Source: Squalus acanthias (Eukaryota). Taken from it: a stretch of DNA of 64,000 nucleotides. Where the stretch lies: assembly GCA_030390025.1 (NCBI GenBank), contig CM059431.1, positions 142,354,001 to 142,418,000 on the forward strand, written 5' to 3'. Positions 50,901 to 64,000 of this stretch are shown piece by piece (position 1 is the stretch's first letter; the number at the start of each line of letters is the position of its first letter). A program made the translations under genes and the position numbers. The notes beneath the pieces were generated by a model. The model was not told the origin of the DNA. It was given only the letters and a program-made list of their open reading frames with translations, and did no database searches.

Positions 50901-53900
50901 CATCTTTGGATCTTCACTGTTTCTAGCTTTGGACCTTCAGAGTTTCTAGCTTTGAACCTCCACTGTTTCTAGCTTTGGACCTTGACAGTTTCTAGCTTTG
51001 GACCTTCACAGTTTCTAGCTTTGGACCTCCACTGTTTCTAGATTTGTTCCTCCACTGTTTCTAGCTTTGGACATTCACTGTTACTAGCTTTGGATCTTCG
51101 CAGTTTCTAGCTTTGGACCTCCACTGTTTCCAGCTTTGGACTTCCATTATTTCTAGCTTTGGACCACCACTGTTTCAAGCGTTGGAACTTCACTGTTTCT
51201 AGCTTTGGACCTTCACTGTTTTAGCTTTGGACCTCCACTGTTTCTAATATTGGACCTCCACTGTTTCTAGCATTGGCCCTTCACTGTTTCTAGCTTTGGA
51301 TCTTCACAATTTCTAGCTTTGGACCTCCACTGTTTCTAGCTTTGGAACTCCACTGTTTCTAGCTTTGGACCACCACTGTTTCCAGCGATGGATCTTCACT
51401 GTTTCTAGCTCTGGACCTTCACTGTTTCTAGCTTTGGAGCTCCACTGTTTCTAGCTTTGGACCTTTATAGTTTCCAGCATTGGACCTTCACTGTTTCTAG
51501 CTTTGGATCTCCACTTTTTCTAGCTTTGGACCTACGCTCTTTCTAGCTTTGGACATTCAATCTTTCTAGCTTTGGATCTCCACTGTTTCTAGCTTTAATC
51601 CTCCACTGTTTCTAGCATTGGATCTCCACTGTTTCTAGCATTGGACATTCACTCTATCTAACTTTGGATCTCCACTGTTTCTAGCTTTGGACCTTCACTG
51701 TTTCTAACTTTGGACCTCCACTGTTTCTAGCTTTGGATCTCCTCTCTTTCTAGCTTTGGACGTTCACTCTTTCTAGCTTTGGACCTTCAGAGTTTCTAGC
51801 TTTGAACCTCCACTGTTTATAGCTTTGGACTTCCACTGTTTCGAGCATTGGATCTCCATTTTTGTCTAGCATTGGACTTTCACTCTTTCTAGCTTTGGAT
51901 CTCCACTGTTTCTAGCTTTGTCCTTCACACTTTCTAGCTTTGGACCTTCACTGTTTCTACCTTTGGACCTCCACTGTTTCTTGCTTTAGATCTCCTCTCT
52001 TTCTAGTTTTGGACCTTCACTCTTTCTTGCTGTGGAGCTTCACTGTTTCTAGCTTTGGACCTTCACAGTTTCTAGCATTGAACCTCCACTGTTTCTAGCT
52101 TTGGACCATCACAGTTTCTAGCTTTGGATCTTCACAGTTTCTAGCTTTGGACCTCCACTGTTTCTAGATTTGGACCTACACTCTTTCTAGCTTTGGACAT
52201 TCAATCTTGCTAGCTTTGGATCTCCACTGTTTCTAGCTTTGATCCTCCACTGTTTCTAGCATTGGATCTCCACTGTTTCTAGCATTGGACATTCACTCTT
52301 TCTAACTTTGGATCTCCACTGTTTCTAGCTTTGGACCTTCACTCTTTCTAGCTTTGGACCTTCACTGTTTCTACCTTTGGACCTCCACTGTTTCTAGCTT
52401 TGGATCTCCTCTCTTTCCAGCTTTGGACGTTCACTCTTTCTAGCTTTGGACCTTCACTGTTTCCATCTTTGGATCTTCACTGTTTCTAGCTTTGGACCTT
52501 CAGAGTTTCTAGCTTTGAACCTCCACCGTTTCTAGCTTTGGACCTTGACAGTTTCTAGCTTTGGACCTTCACAGTTTCTAGCTTTGGACCTCCACTGTTT
52601 CTAGCTTTGGACATTCACTGTTACTAGCTTTGGATCTTCGCAGTTTCTAGCTTTGGACCTCCACTGTTTCCAGCTTTGGACTTCCATTATTTCAAGCTTT
52701 GGAACACCACTGTTTCAAGCGTTGGACCTTCACTGTTTCTAGCTTTGGACCTTCACTGTTTTAGCTTTGGACCTCCACTGTTTCTAGTATTGGACCTCCA
52801 CTGTTTCTAGCATTGGCCCTTCACTGTTTCTAGCTTTGGATCTTCACAATTTCTAGCTTTGGACCTCCACTGTTTCTAGCTTTGGAACTCCACTGTTTCT
52901 AGCTTTGGACCACCACTGTTTCCAGCGATGGATCTTCACTGTTTCTAGCTCTGGACCTTCACTGTTTCTAGCTTTGGACATCCACTGTTTCTAGCTTTGG
53001 ACCATTATAGTTTCCAGCGTTGGACCTTCACTGTTTCTAGCTTTGGATCTCCACTTTTTCTAGCTTTGGACCTACGCTCTTTCTAGCTTTGGACATTCAA
53101 TCTTTCTTGCTTTGGATCTCCACTGTTTCTAGCTTTAATCCTCCACTGTTTCTAGCATTGGATCTCCACTGTTTCTAGCATTGGACATTCACTCTATCTA
53201 ACTTTGGATCTCCACTGTTTCTAGCTTTGGACCTTCACTCTTTCTAGCTTTGGACCTTCACTGTTTCTACCTTTGGACCTCCACTGTTTCTAGCTTTGGA
53301 TCTCCTCTCTTTCTAGCTTTGGACGTTCACTCTTTCTAGCTTTGGACCTTCAGAGTTTCTAGCTTTGAACCTCCACTGTTTATAGCTTTGGACTTCCACT
53401 GTTTCGAGCATTGTTTCTCCATTTTTGTCTAGCATTGGACTTTCACTCTTTCTAGCTTTGGATCTCCACTGTTTCTAGCTTTGTCCTTCACACTTTCTAG
53501 CTTTGGACCTTCACTGTTTCTACCTTTGGACCTCCACTGTTTCTTGCTTTGGTTCTCCTCTCTTTCTAGTTTTGGACCTTCACTCTTTCTTGCTTTGGAA
53601 CTTCACTGTTTCTAGCTTTGGATCTTCACTGTTTCTAGCTTTGGACCTTCACTGTTTCTAGCTTTGAACCTTCACTGTTTCTACCTTTGGACCTCCACTG
53701 TTTCTAGCTTTGGATCTCCTCTCTTTCTAGCTTTGGACGTTCACTCTTTCTAGCTTTGGACCTTCACAGTTTCTAGCTTTGAACCTCCACTGTTTCTAGC
53801 TTTGGACCTTCACTGTTTCTAGCTTTGGACCTTCACTGTTTCTAGCTTTGGACCTTCACAGTTTCTAGCTTTGGACCTCAGTGTTTCTAGCTTTGGACCT

Positions 53901-56900
53901 TCACTGTTTCTAGCTTTGGACCACCACAGTTTCAGCGTTGGATCTTCACTGTTTCTAGCTTTGGACCTTCACTGTTTCTAGCTTTGGACCTTCCACTGTT
54001 TCTAGGTTTGGAGCTTTATTGTTTCCAGCGTTGGACCTTCACTGTGTCTAGCTTTGGATCTCCACTTTTTCTAGCTTTGGACCTACACACTTTCTAGCTT
54101 TGGACATTCAATCTTTCTAGCTTAGGATCTCCACTGTTTCTAGCTTTAATCCTCCACTGTTTCTAGCATTGGATCTCCACTGTTTCTAGCATTGGACATT
54201 CACTCTATCTAACTTTGGATCTCCACTGTTTATAGCTTTGGACCTTCACTCTTTCTAGCTTTGGACCTTCACTGTTTCTACCTTTGGACCTCCACTGTTT
54301 CTAGCTTTGGATCTCCTCTCTTTCTACCTTTTTACGTTCACTCTTTCTAGCTTTGGAGCTTCAGAGTTTCTAGCTTTGAACCTCCACTGTTTATAGCTTT
54401 GGACCTTGACAGTTTCTAGCTTTGGACCTTCACAGTTTCTAGCTTTGGACCTCCACTGTTTCTAGCTTTGTTCCTCCACTGTTTCTAGCTTTGGACATTC
54501 ACTGTTACTAGCTTTGGATCTTCGCAGTTTCTAGCTTTGGACCTCCACTGTTTCTAGCTTTGGACTTCCATTATTTCTGGCTTTGGACCACCACTGTTTC
54601 AAGCGTTGGACCTTCACTGTTTCTAGCTTTGGACCTTCACTGTTTTAGCTTTGGACCTCCAATGTTTCTAGTATTGGACCTCCACTGTTTCTAGCATTGG
54701 CCCTTCACTGTTTCTAGCTTTGGTTCTTCACAGTTTCTAGCTTTGGTCCACCACAGTTTCTAGCTTTGGATCTCCACTGTTTCTCGCTTTGGACCTTCAC
54801 TCTTTCTAGCTTTGGACCTTCACTGTTTCTACCTTTGGACCTCCACTGTTTCTAGCTTTGGATCTCCTCTCTTTCTAGCTTTGGACGTTCACTCTTTCTA
54901 GCTTTGGACCTTCAGAGTTTCTAGCTTTGAACCCCCACTGTTTCTAGTATTGGACCTCCACTGTTTCTAGCATTGGCCCTTCACTGTTTCTAGCTTTGGA
55001 TCTTCACAGTTTCTAGCTTTGGACCTACACTGTTTCTAGCTTTGGAACTCCACTGTTTCTAGCTTTGGACCACCACTGTTTCCAGCGATGGATCTTCACT
55101 GTTTCCAGATCTGGACCTTCACTGTTTCTAGCTTTGGACCTCCAATGTTTCTAGCTTTGGACCTTTATTGTTTCCAGCTTTGGACCTTCACTGTTTCTAG
55201 CTTTGGATCTCCACTTTTTCTAGCTTTGGACCTACACTCTTTCTAGCTTTGGACATTCAATCTTTCTAGCTTTGGATCTCCACTGTTTCTAGCTTTAATC
55301 CTCCACTGTTTCTAGCATTGGATCTCCACTGTTTCTAGCATTGGACATTCACTCTATCTAACTTTGGATCTCCACTGTTTCTAGCTTTGGACTTTCACTC
55401 TTTCTAGCTTTGGACCTTCACTGTTTCTACCTTTGGACCTCCACTGTTTCTAGCTTTGGATCTCCTCTCTTTCTAGCTTTGGACGTTCACTCTTTCTAGC
55501 TTCGGATCTTCAGAGTTTCTAGCTTTGAACCTCCACTGTTTATAGCTTTGGACCTTGACAGTTTCTAGCTTTGGACCTTCACAGTTTCTAGCTTTGGACC
55601 TCCACTGTTTCTAGCTTTGTTCCTCCACTGTTTCTAGCTTTGGACATTCACTGTTACTAGCTTTGGATCTTCGCAGTTTCTAGCTTTGGACCTCCACTGT
55701 TTCTAGCTTTGGACTTCCATTATTTCTGGCTTTGGTCCACCACAGTTTCTAGCTTTGGATCTCCACTGTTTCTAGCTTTGGACCTTCACTCTTTCTAGCT
55801 TTGGACCTTCACTGTTTCTACCTTTGGACCTCCACTGTTTCTAGCTTTGGATCTCCTCTCTTTCTAGCTTTGGACGTTCACTCTTTCTAGCTTTGGACCT
55901 TCAGAGTTTCTAGCTTTGAACCCCCACTGTTTCTAGTATTGGACCTCCACTGTTTCTAGCATTGGCCCTTCACTGTTTCTAGCTTTGGATCTTCACAGTT
56001 TCTAGCTTTGGACCTACACTGTTTCTAGCTTTGGAACTCCACTGTTTCTAGCTTTGGACCACCACTGTTTCCAGCGATGGATCTTCACTGTTTCCAGCTC
56101 TGGACCTTCACTGTTTCTAGCTTTGGACCTCCAATGTTTCTAGCTTTGGACCTTTATTGTTTCCAGCGTTGGACCTTCACTGTTTCTAGCTTTGGATCTC
56201 CACTTTTTCTAGCTTTGGACCTACACTCTTTCTAGCTTTGGACATTCAATCTTTCTAGCTTTGGATCTCCACTGTTTCTAGCTTTAATCCTCCACTGTTT
56301 CTAGCATTGGATCTCCACTGTTTCTAGCATTGGACATTCACTCTATCTAACTTTGGATCCCCACTGTTTCTAGCTTTGGACTTTCACTCTTTCTAGCTTT
56401 GGACCTTCACTGTTTCTACCTTTGGACCTCCACTGTTTCTAGCTTTGGATCTCCTCTCTTTCTAGCTTTGGACGTTCACTCTTTCTAGCTTCGGATCTTC
56501 AGAGTTTCTAGCTTTGAACCTCCACTGTTTATAGCTTTGGACCTTGACAGTTTCTAGCTTTGGACCTTCACAGTTTCTAGCTTTGGACCTCCACTGTTTC
56601 TAGCTTTGTTCCTCCACTGTTTCTAGCTTTGGACATTCACTGTTACTAGCTTTGGATCTTCGCAGTTTCTAGCTTTGGACCTCCACTGTTTCTAGCTTTG
56701 GACTTCCATTATTTCTGGCTTTGGACCACCACTGTTTCAAGCGTTGGACCTTCACTGTTTCCTAGATTTGGACCATCACTGTTTTAGCTTTGGACCTCCA
56801 ATGTTTCTAGTATTGGACCTCCCCTGTTTCTCGCATTGGACCTTCACTGTTTCCAACTTTGGACCTTCACTGTTTCTAGCTTTGGACCTCCACTGTTTCT

Positions 56901-59900
56901 AGCATTGGACCTTTACTGTTTCTGGCTTTGGATCTCCACTGTTTCTAGCTTTGGAGCTCCACTGTTTCTAGCTTTAGTCCACCACAGTTTCTAGCTTTGG
57001 ATCTCCACTGTTTCTAGCTTTGGAGCTCCACTGTTTGTAGCTTTGTACCTTCACAGTTTCTAGCTTCGGACCTCCACTGTTTCTAGCTTTGGATCTCCAC
57101 TGTTTCTAGCTTTGGACCTTCAGTCTTTCTAGCTTTGGACCTCCACTGTTTCTAGCATTGGACCTTCACTGTTTCTAGCTTTGGATCTCCACTGTTTCTA
57201 GCTTTCGACCTCCACTCTTTCTAGCTTTGGACCTTCACAGTTTCTAACTTTGGACCTTCGCATTTTCTAGCTTTGGACCTCCACTGTTTCGAGCATTGGA
57301 TCTCCGTTTTTTCTATCATTGGACATTCACTCTTTCTAGCTTTGAATCTCCACTGTTTCTAGCTTTGTCCTTCACACTTTCTAGCTTTGGCCCTTCACTG
57401 TTTCTACCTTTGGACCTCCACTGTTTCTAGCATTGGATCTCCACTGTTTCTAGCATTGGACATTCGCTCTTTCTAACTTTGGATCACCACTGTTTCTAGC
57501 TTTTGACCTTCACTCTTTCTAGCTTTGGACCTTCACTGTTTCTACCTTTGGACCCCCACTGTTTCTAGCTTTGGATCTCCTCTCTTTCTAGCTTTGGTCG
57601 TTCACTCTTTCTAGCTTTGGATCTACACTGTTTCTAGCTTTGGACGTTCAGAGTTTCTAGCTTTGAACCTCCACTGTTTCTAGCTTTGGACCTTGACAGT
57701 TTCTAGCTTTGGACCTTCACCGTTTCTAGCTTTGTACCTCCACAGTTTCTAGCTTTGTTCCTCCACTGTTTCTAGCTTTGGACATTCACTGTTACTAGCT
57801 TTGGATCTTCGCAGTTTCTAGTTTTGGACCTCCACTGTTTCTAGCTTTGGACTTCCATTATTTCTAGCTTTGGACCATCACTGTCTCTAGCTTTGGACAT
57901 TCACTGTTTCTAGCTTTGGACCTATAGAGTTTCTAACTTTGGACCTCCACTGTTTCTAGCTTTGGACCTCCACTGTTTCTAGTTTTGTACCTTCACTGTT
58001 TCTAGCTTTGGATCTTCACAGTTTCTAACTTTGGACCTCCACTGTTTCCAGCGATGGATCTTCACTGTTTCTAGCTCTGGACCTTCACTGTTTCTAGCTT
58101 TGGGCCTCCAATGTTTCTAGCTTTGGACCTTTATTGTTTCCAGCGTTGGACCTTCACTGTTTCTAGCTTTGGATCTCCACTTTTTCTAGCTTTGGACCTA
58201 TACTCTTTCTAGCTTTGGACATTCAATCTTTCTAGCTTTGGATCTCCACTGTTTCTAGCTTTGATCCTCCACTGTTTCTAGCTTTGGATCTCCACTGTTT
58301 CTAGCAAAGGACATTCACTCTTTCTAACTTTGGAACTCCACTGTTTCTAGCTTTGGACCTTCACTCTTTCTAGCTTTGGACCTTCACTGTTTCTACCTTT
58401 GGACCTACACTGTTTCTAGCTTTGGATCTCCTCTCTTTCTAGCTTGGGACGTTCACTCTTTCTAGCTTTGGACCTTCACTGTTTCTTGCTTTGGACCTTG
58501 ACAGTTTCTAGCTTTGGACCTTCACAGTTTCTAGCTTTGGACCTCCACTGTTTCTAGTTTTGTTCCTCCACTGTTTCTAGCTTTGGACATTCACTGTTAC
58601 TAGCTTTGGATCTTCGCAGTTTCTAGCTTTGGACCTCCACTGTTTCTAGCTTTGGACTTCCATTATTTCTAGCTTTGGACCACCACAGTTTCAAGCGTTG
58701 GAACTTCACTGTTTCTAGCTTTGGACCTTCACTGTTTCAGCTTTGTACCTTCACTGTTTCTAGTATTGGACCTCCACTGTTTCTAGCATTGGACCTTCAC
58801 TGTTTCTAGCTTTGGATCTTCACAGTTTCTAGCTTTGGACCTCCACTGTTTCTAGCTTTGGACCTCCACTGTTTCTAGCTCTGGACCTGCACTGTTTCTA
58901 ACTTTGGACCTCCACAGTTTCTAGCTTTGGACCTTTATTTTTTCCAGCGTTGGACCTTCACTGTTTCTAGCTTTGGATCTCCACTTTTTCTAGCTTTGGC
59001 TCTACACTCTTTCTAGCTTTGGACATTCAATCTTTCTAGCTTTGTATCTCCACTGTTTCTAGCTTTGATCCTCCACTGTTTCTAGCATTCGATCTCCACT
59101 GTTTCTAGCATTGGACATTCACTCTTTCTAACTTTGGATCTCCACTGTTTCTAGCTTTGGACCTTCACTCTTTCTAGCTTTCGACCTTCACTGTTTCTAC
59201 CTTCGGACCTCCACTGTTTCTAGCTTTGGATCTCCTCTCTTTCTAGCTTTGGACGGTCACTCTTTCTAGCTTTGGATCTTCACAGTTTCGAGCTTTGGAC
59301 CTCCACTGTTTCTAGCTTTGGACCTCCACCGTTTCTAGCTTTGGACCTTTACAGTTTCTCGCTTTGCACCTTCACTGTTTCCAGCTTTTTATCTCCACTG
59401 TTTCTAACTTTGGACCTCCACTGTTTCGAGCATTGGACCTTCACTGTTTCTGCCTTTGGACCTCCACTGTTTCTAGATTTGGATCTCCACTGTTTCTAGC
59501 TTTGTACCTTCACAGTTTCTAGCTTCGGACCTCCACTGTTTCTTGCTTTGGATATCCACTGTTTCTAGCTTTGGATCTTCAGTCTTTCTAGCTTTGGATC
59601 TCCACTGTTTCTAGATTTGGATCTCCACTGTTTCTGGCTTTGGACCTTCAGTCTTTCTAGCTTTGGACCTCCACTGTTTCTAGCATTGGACCTTCACTGT
59701 TTCTAGCTTTGGATCTCCAGTTTCTTGCTTTGTCCTTCACACTTTCTAGCTTTTGACCTTCACTGTTTCTACCTTTGGACCTCCACTGTTTCTTGCTTTG
59801 GATCTCCTCTCTTTCTAGTTTTGGACCTTCAATCTTTCTTGCTTTGGAACTTCACTGTTTCTAGCTTTGTACCTTCACAGTTTCTAGCTTTGAACCTACA

Positions 59901-62900
59901 CTGTTTCTAGCTTTGGACCTTCACAGTTTCCAGCTTTGGATCTTCACAGTTTCCAGCTGTGGACCTCCACTGTTTCTAGCTTTGGTCCTTCACTGTTTCT
60001 AGCTTTGGATCTTCATAGTTTCTAGCTTTGGATCTCCACTGTTTCTAGCTTTGGACCACCACTGTTTCCAGCGATGGATCTTCACTGTTTCTAGCTCTGG
60101 ACCTTCACTGTTTCTAGCTTTGGACCTCCACTGTTTCCAGCTTTGGACCTTCATTGTTTCCAGCGTTGGAGCTTCACTGTTTCTAGCTTTGGATCTCCAC
60201 TCTTTCTAGTTTTGGACCTCCACTGTTTCAAGCTTTGGACCTACACTGTTTCAAGCTTTGGACCTTCACTTTTTCCAGCTTTGTATCTCCACTGTTTCTA
60301 GCTTTGGAGCTCCACTGTTTCTAGCTTTGGACCTCCACTGTTTCCAGCTTTGTATCTCCACCGTTTCTAACTTTGGACCTCCAATGTTTCTAGCATTGGA
60401 CCTTCACTGTTTCTAGCTTTGGACCTTCACTGTTTCTAGCTTTGGACCTCCACTGTTTCTAGCTTTGGACCTTCACTGATTCCAGCTTTTCATCTCCACT
60501 GTTTCTAGCTTTGGAGCTCCACTGTTTNNNNNNNNNNNNNNNNNNNNNNNNNNNNNNNNNNNNNNNNNNNNNNNNNNNNNNNNNNNNNNNNNNNNNNNNN
60601 NNNNNNNNNNNNNNNNNNNNNNNNNNNNNNNNNNNNNNNNNNNNNNNNNNNNNNNNNNNNNNNNNNNNNNNNNNNNNNNNNNNNNNNNNNNNNNNNNNNN
60701 NNNNNNNNNNNNNNNNNNNNNNNNNNNTTGGATCTCCACTGTTTCTAGCATTGGACATTCACTCTTTCTAACTTTGGATCTCCACTGTTTCTAGCTTTGG
60801 ACCTTCAATCTTTCTAGCTTTGGACCTTCACTGTTTCTACCTTTGGACCTCCACTGTTTCTAGCTTTGGATCTCCTTCTTTCTAGCTTTGGACGTTCACT
60901 CTTTCTAGCTTTGGACCTTCACTGTTTCGATCTTTGGATCTTCACTGTTTCTAGCTTTGGACGTTCAGAGTTTCTAGCTTTGAACCTCCACTGTTTCTAG
61001 CTTTGGACCTTCACAGTTTCTAGCTTTGGACCTTCACAGTTTCTAGCTTTGGACCACCACTGTTTCCAGCGTTGGACCTTCACTGTTTCTAGTTTTGGAC
61101 CTTCACTGTTTCTAGCTTTGGACCTCCACCGTTTCTAGCTTTGGACCTTCATTGTTTCCAGCGTTGGAACTTCACTGTATCTAGCTTTGGACCTTCACTG
61201 TTTCTAGCTTTGGACCTCTACTGTTTCTAGCTTTGGACCTTCATTGTTTCCAGCGTTGGAACTTCACTGTTTCTAGCTTTGGGCCTTCACTGTTTCTGGC
61301 TTTGGACCTCCACTATATCTTGCTTTGGACCTTCATTGTTTCTAGCTTTGGACCTTCACAGTTTCTAGTTTTGGTACGCCACTGTTTCTAGCTTTGGACC
61401 TTCACTGTTTCTAGCTTTGTATCTTCACAGTTTCTAGCTTAGGACCTCCACTGTTTCTAGCTTTGGACCTTCAATGTTTCTAGCTTTGGATCTTCACAGT
61501 TTCTAGCTTAGGACCTCCACTGTTTCTAGCTTTGGACCTTCACTGTTTCTAGCTGGGGACCTTCACTGTTTCTAGCTTTGGACTTTCACTGTTTCTAGCT
61601 TTGGAGCTTCACATTTTCTAAATTTGGGTCTTCGCAGTTTCTAGCTTTGGACCTCCACTTTTTCCAGCTTTGGACCTTCACTGTTTCTAGCTGAGGAACT
61701 TCACAGTTTCTAGCTTTGGACCTTCACACTTTCTATCTTTGGAACTTCACAGTTTCTAGCTTTGGACCTTCACTCTTTCTAGCTTTGGACCTCCACTGTT
61801 TCTAGCTTTGGACCTTCACACTTTGTAGCTTTGGACCTCCACTGTTTCTAGCTTTGGACCTTCACTGTTTCTAGCTTTGGACCTTCACATTTTCTAGATT
61901 TGGAACTTCACAGTTTCTAACTTTGGATCTCCACTGTTTCTAGCTTTGGACCTCCACTGTTTCTAGCTTTGGACCACCACTCTTTCTAGCTTTGGACCTT
62001 CACAGTTTGTCGCTTTGGACCTCCACTTTTTCTAGATTTGGACCTCCACTGTTGCTAGCTTTCGAACTTCAATGTTTCGAGCTTTGGACCTTCACTCTTT
62101 CTAGCTTTGGATCTTCACTGTTTCTAGCTTTGGACCTCCACTGTTTCTAGCTTTGGGCCTCCACTGTTTCTAGCTTTGGACATTCACTCTTTCTAGCTTT
62201 GGACCTTCACAGTTTCTAGCTTTGGACCACCACTGTTTGTTGCTTTGGAGCTCCATTGTATCTAGCTGTGGACCTCCACTGTTTCTAGCTTTGGACCTTC
62301 AGAGTTTCTAGCTTTGGACCTCCACTGTTTCTAGCTTTGGACCTTCACTGTTTCTAGCTTTGGACCTTCACTGTCTCTAGCTTTGGACCGCCACTGTTTC
62401 TAGCTTTGGACCTTCACTCTGTCTATCTTTGGACCACCACTGTTTCTCGATTTGGACCTTCACTGTTTCTAGCTTTGGACCTTCACTGTTTCTAGATTTG
62501 GACCTCCACTTTTTCTAGCTTTGGACCTTCACAGTTTCTAGCTTTGGACCTCCACTCTTTCTAGCTTTGGAACTTCACAATTTCTAGCTTTGGACCTTCA
62601 CAGTTTCTAGCTTTGGATCTCCACGGTTTCTAGCTTTGGACCTCCACTGTTTCTAGCTTTGGAACTCCTCTCTTTCTAGCTTTGGACTTTCACAGTTTCT
62701 AGCTTTGAACCTCCACTCTTTCTAGCTTTGGACCTTCACAGTTTCTAGCTGTGCATCTACTCTGTTTCTAGCTTTGGATCTCCACTGTTTCTAGATTTGG
62801 ACCTTCACAGTTTCTGGGTTTGGACCTTCACAGTTTCTAGCTTTGAATCTCCACCGTTTCTAGCTTTGGACCTTCACAGTTTCTAGCTTTGGACCTTCAC

Positions 62901-64000
62901 AGTTTCTAGCTTTGTACCTTCGCAGTTTCTAGCTTTGGACCTTCACTGTTTCTAGCTTTAGAACTTCACAGTTTCAGCTTTGGACCTTCGCAGTTTCTAA
63001 CTTTGGACCTCCACTCTTTCCAGCTTTGGACCTTCACTGTTTCTCGCTTTGGACCTTCACTCTTTCGAGCTTTGGAACTTCACAGTTTCTAGCTTTGGAC
63101 CTTCACTCTTTGTAGCTTTGGACCTTCACAGTTTCTAGCTTTGGACCTTCACTCTTTCTAGCTTTGGAACTCCACTGTTTCTAGCTTTGGAACTTCACTC
63201 TTTCTAGCTTTGGACTTCCACTCTTTCTAGCTTTGGAACTTCACTGTTTCTAGCTTTGGACCTTCACATTTTCTAGCTTTGGACCTCCACTGTTTCTGGC
63301 TTTCAACCTTCACTGTTTCCAGCTTTGGTCGTTCAGATTTTCTAACTTTGAACCTCCACTGTTTCTAGCTTTGGACCTTCACAGTTTCTGGCTTTCGACC
63401 TTCACAGTTTCTAGCTTTGGACCTCCACTGTTTCTAGCTTTGTTCCTCCACTGTTTTTAGCTATGGACCTTTGCAGTTTCCACCTTTGGACCTCCACTGT
63501 TTCTAGCTTTGGACCTCCACTGTTTCTAGCTTTGGACGCTCACTGTTTCTAGCTTTGGATCTTCCCAGTTTCTAGCTTTGGACCTCCACTGTTTCTAGCT
63601 TTGTTCCTCCACTGTTTTTAGCTATGGACATTCACTGTTACTATCTTTGGATCTTCGCAGTTTCTAGCTTTGGACCTCCACTCTTTCTAGCTTTGGACCT
63701 TCACAGTTTCTAGCTTTGAACCTCCAATGTTTCTAGCTTTGGACCTTCACAGTTTCTGGCTTTGGATCTTCACAGTTTCTAGCTTTGGACCTCCACTGTT
63801 TCTAGCTTTGGTCCTTCACTGTTTCTAGCTTTGGACCTTTACAGTTTCTAGCTTTGGACCTCCACTGTTTCTAGCTTTGGACCTCCACTGTTTCTAGCTT
63901 TGGACGCTCACTGTTTCTAGCTTTGGATCTTCTCAGTTTCTAGCTTTGGACCTCCACTGTTTCTAGCTTTGGACCTCCACTGTTTCTAGCTTTGGACCAC
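29956..64000. repeat. 23-bp satellite DNA array, >34 kb, roughly 1470 monomers in the window, single orientation, with higher-order structure
   Basis: Consensus CTTTGGACCTYCACTGTTTCTAG. Continues to the window end with no interspersed elements seen. Confidence 0.98.
60528..60727. other. Assembly gap (200 N)
   Basis: Run of N with the satellite in the same orientation on both sides. Confidence 0.99.

Noticed and set aside
29956..64000. CRISPR-like or coding interpretation of the 23-bp array and its short ORFs
   Set aside because: Head-to-tail monomers with no unique spacers and no cas genes in a vertebrate context. The ORFs are chance loss of the monomer's TAG, and those at 60459-60771 span Ns.

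Overview
Vertebrate repeat-dense DNA, most likely from a cartilaginous fish (inferred from the CR1-type LINE subfamilies, their short tandem tails and shark-like SINE/MITE sequences). I find no intact protein-coding gene. Bases 1-29,955 are a mosaic of nested, decayed CR1-clade LINEs on both strands (one nearly full length with ORF1 zinc finger/esterase), a Penelope-like terminal fragment with a hammerhead-ribozyme core, MITE-like elements and four tandem repeat families (55, 40, 36 and 29 bp). This region also holds three diverged copies of a non-coding module; two of them carry a CpG-island promoter-like segment with NRF1-like, kB-like and GC-box motifs and splice donors. Bases 29,956-64,000 are one >34 kb array of a 23-bp satellite (CTTTGGACCTYCACTGTTTCTAG) with nested higher-order repeats and a 200-N gap. 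Main finding: this monomer is a piece of CR1 ORF2 coding sequence (KLETVEVQR), and the array begins exactly in register inside an adjacent LINE copy, so the apparent birth site of a retrotransposon-derived satellite is visible. Element boundaries were read by eye and are approximate.
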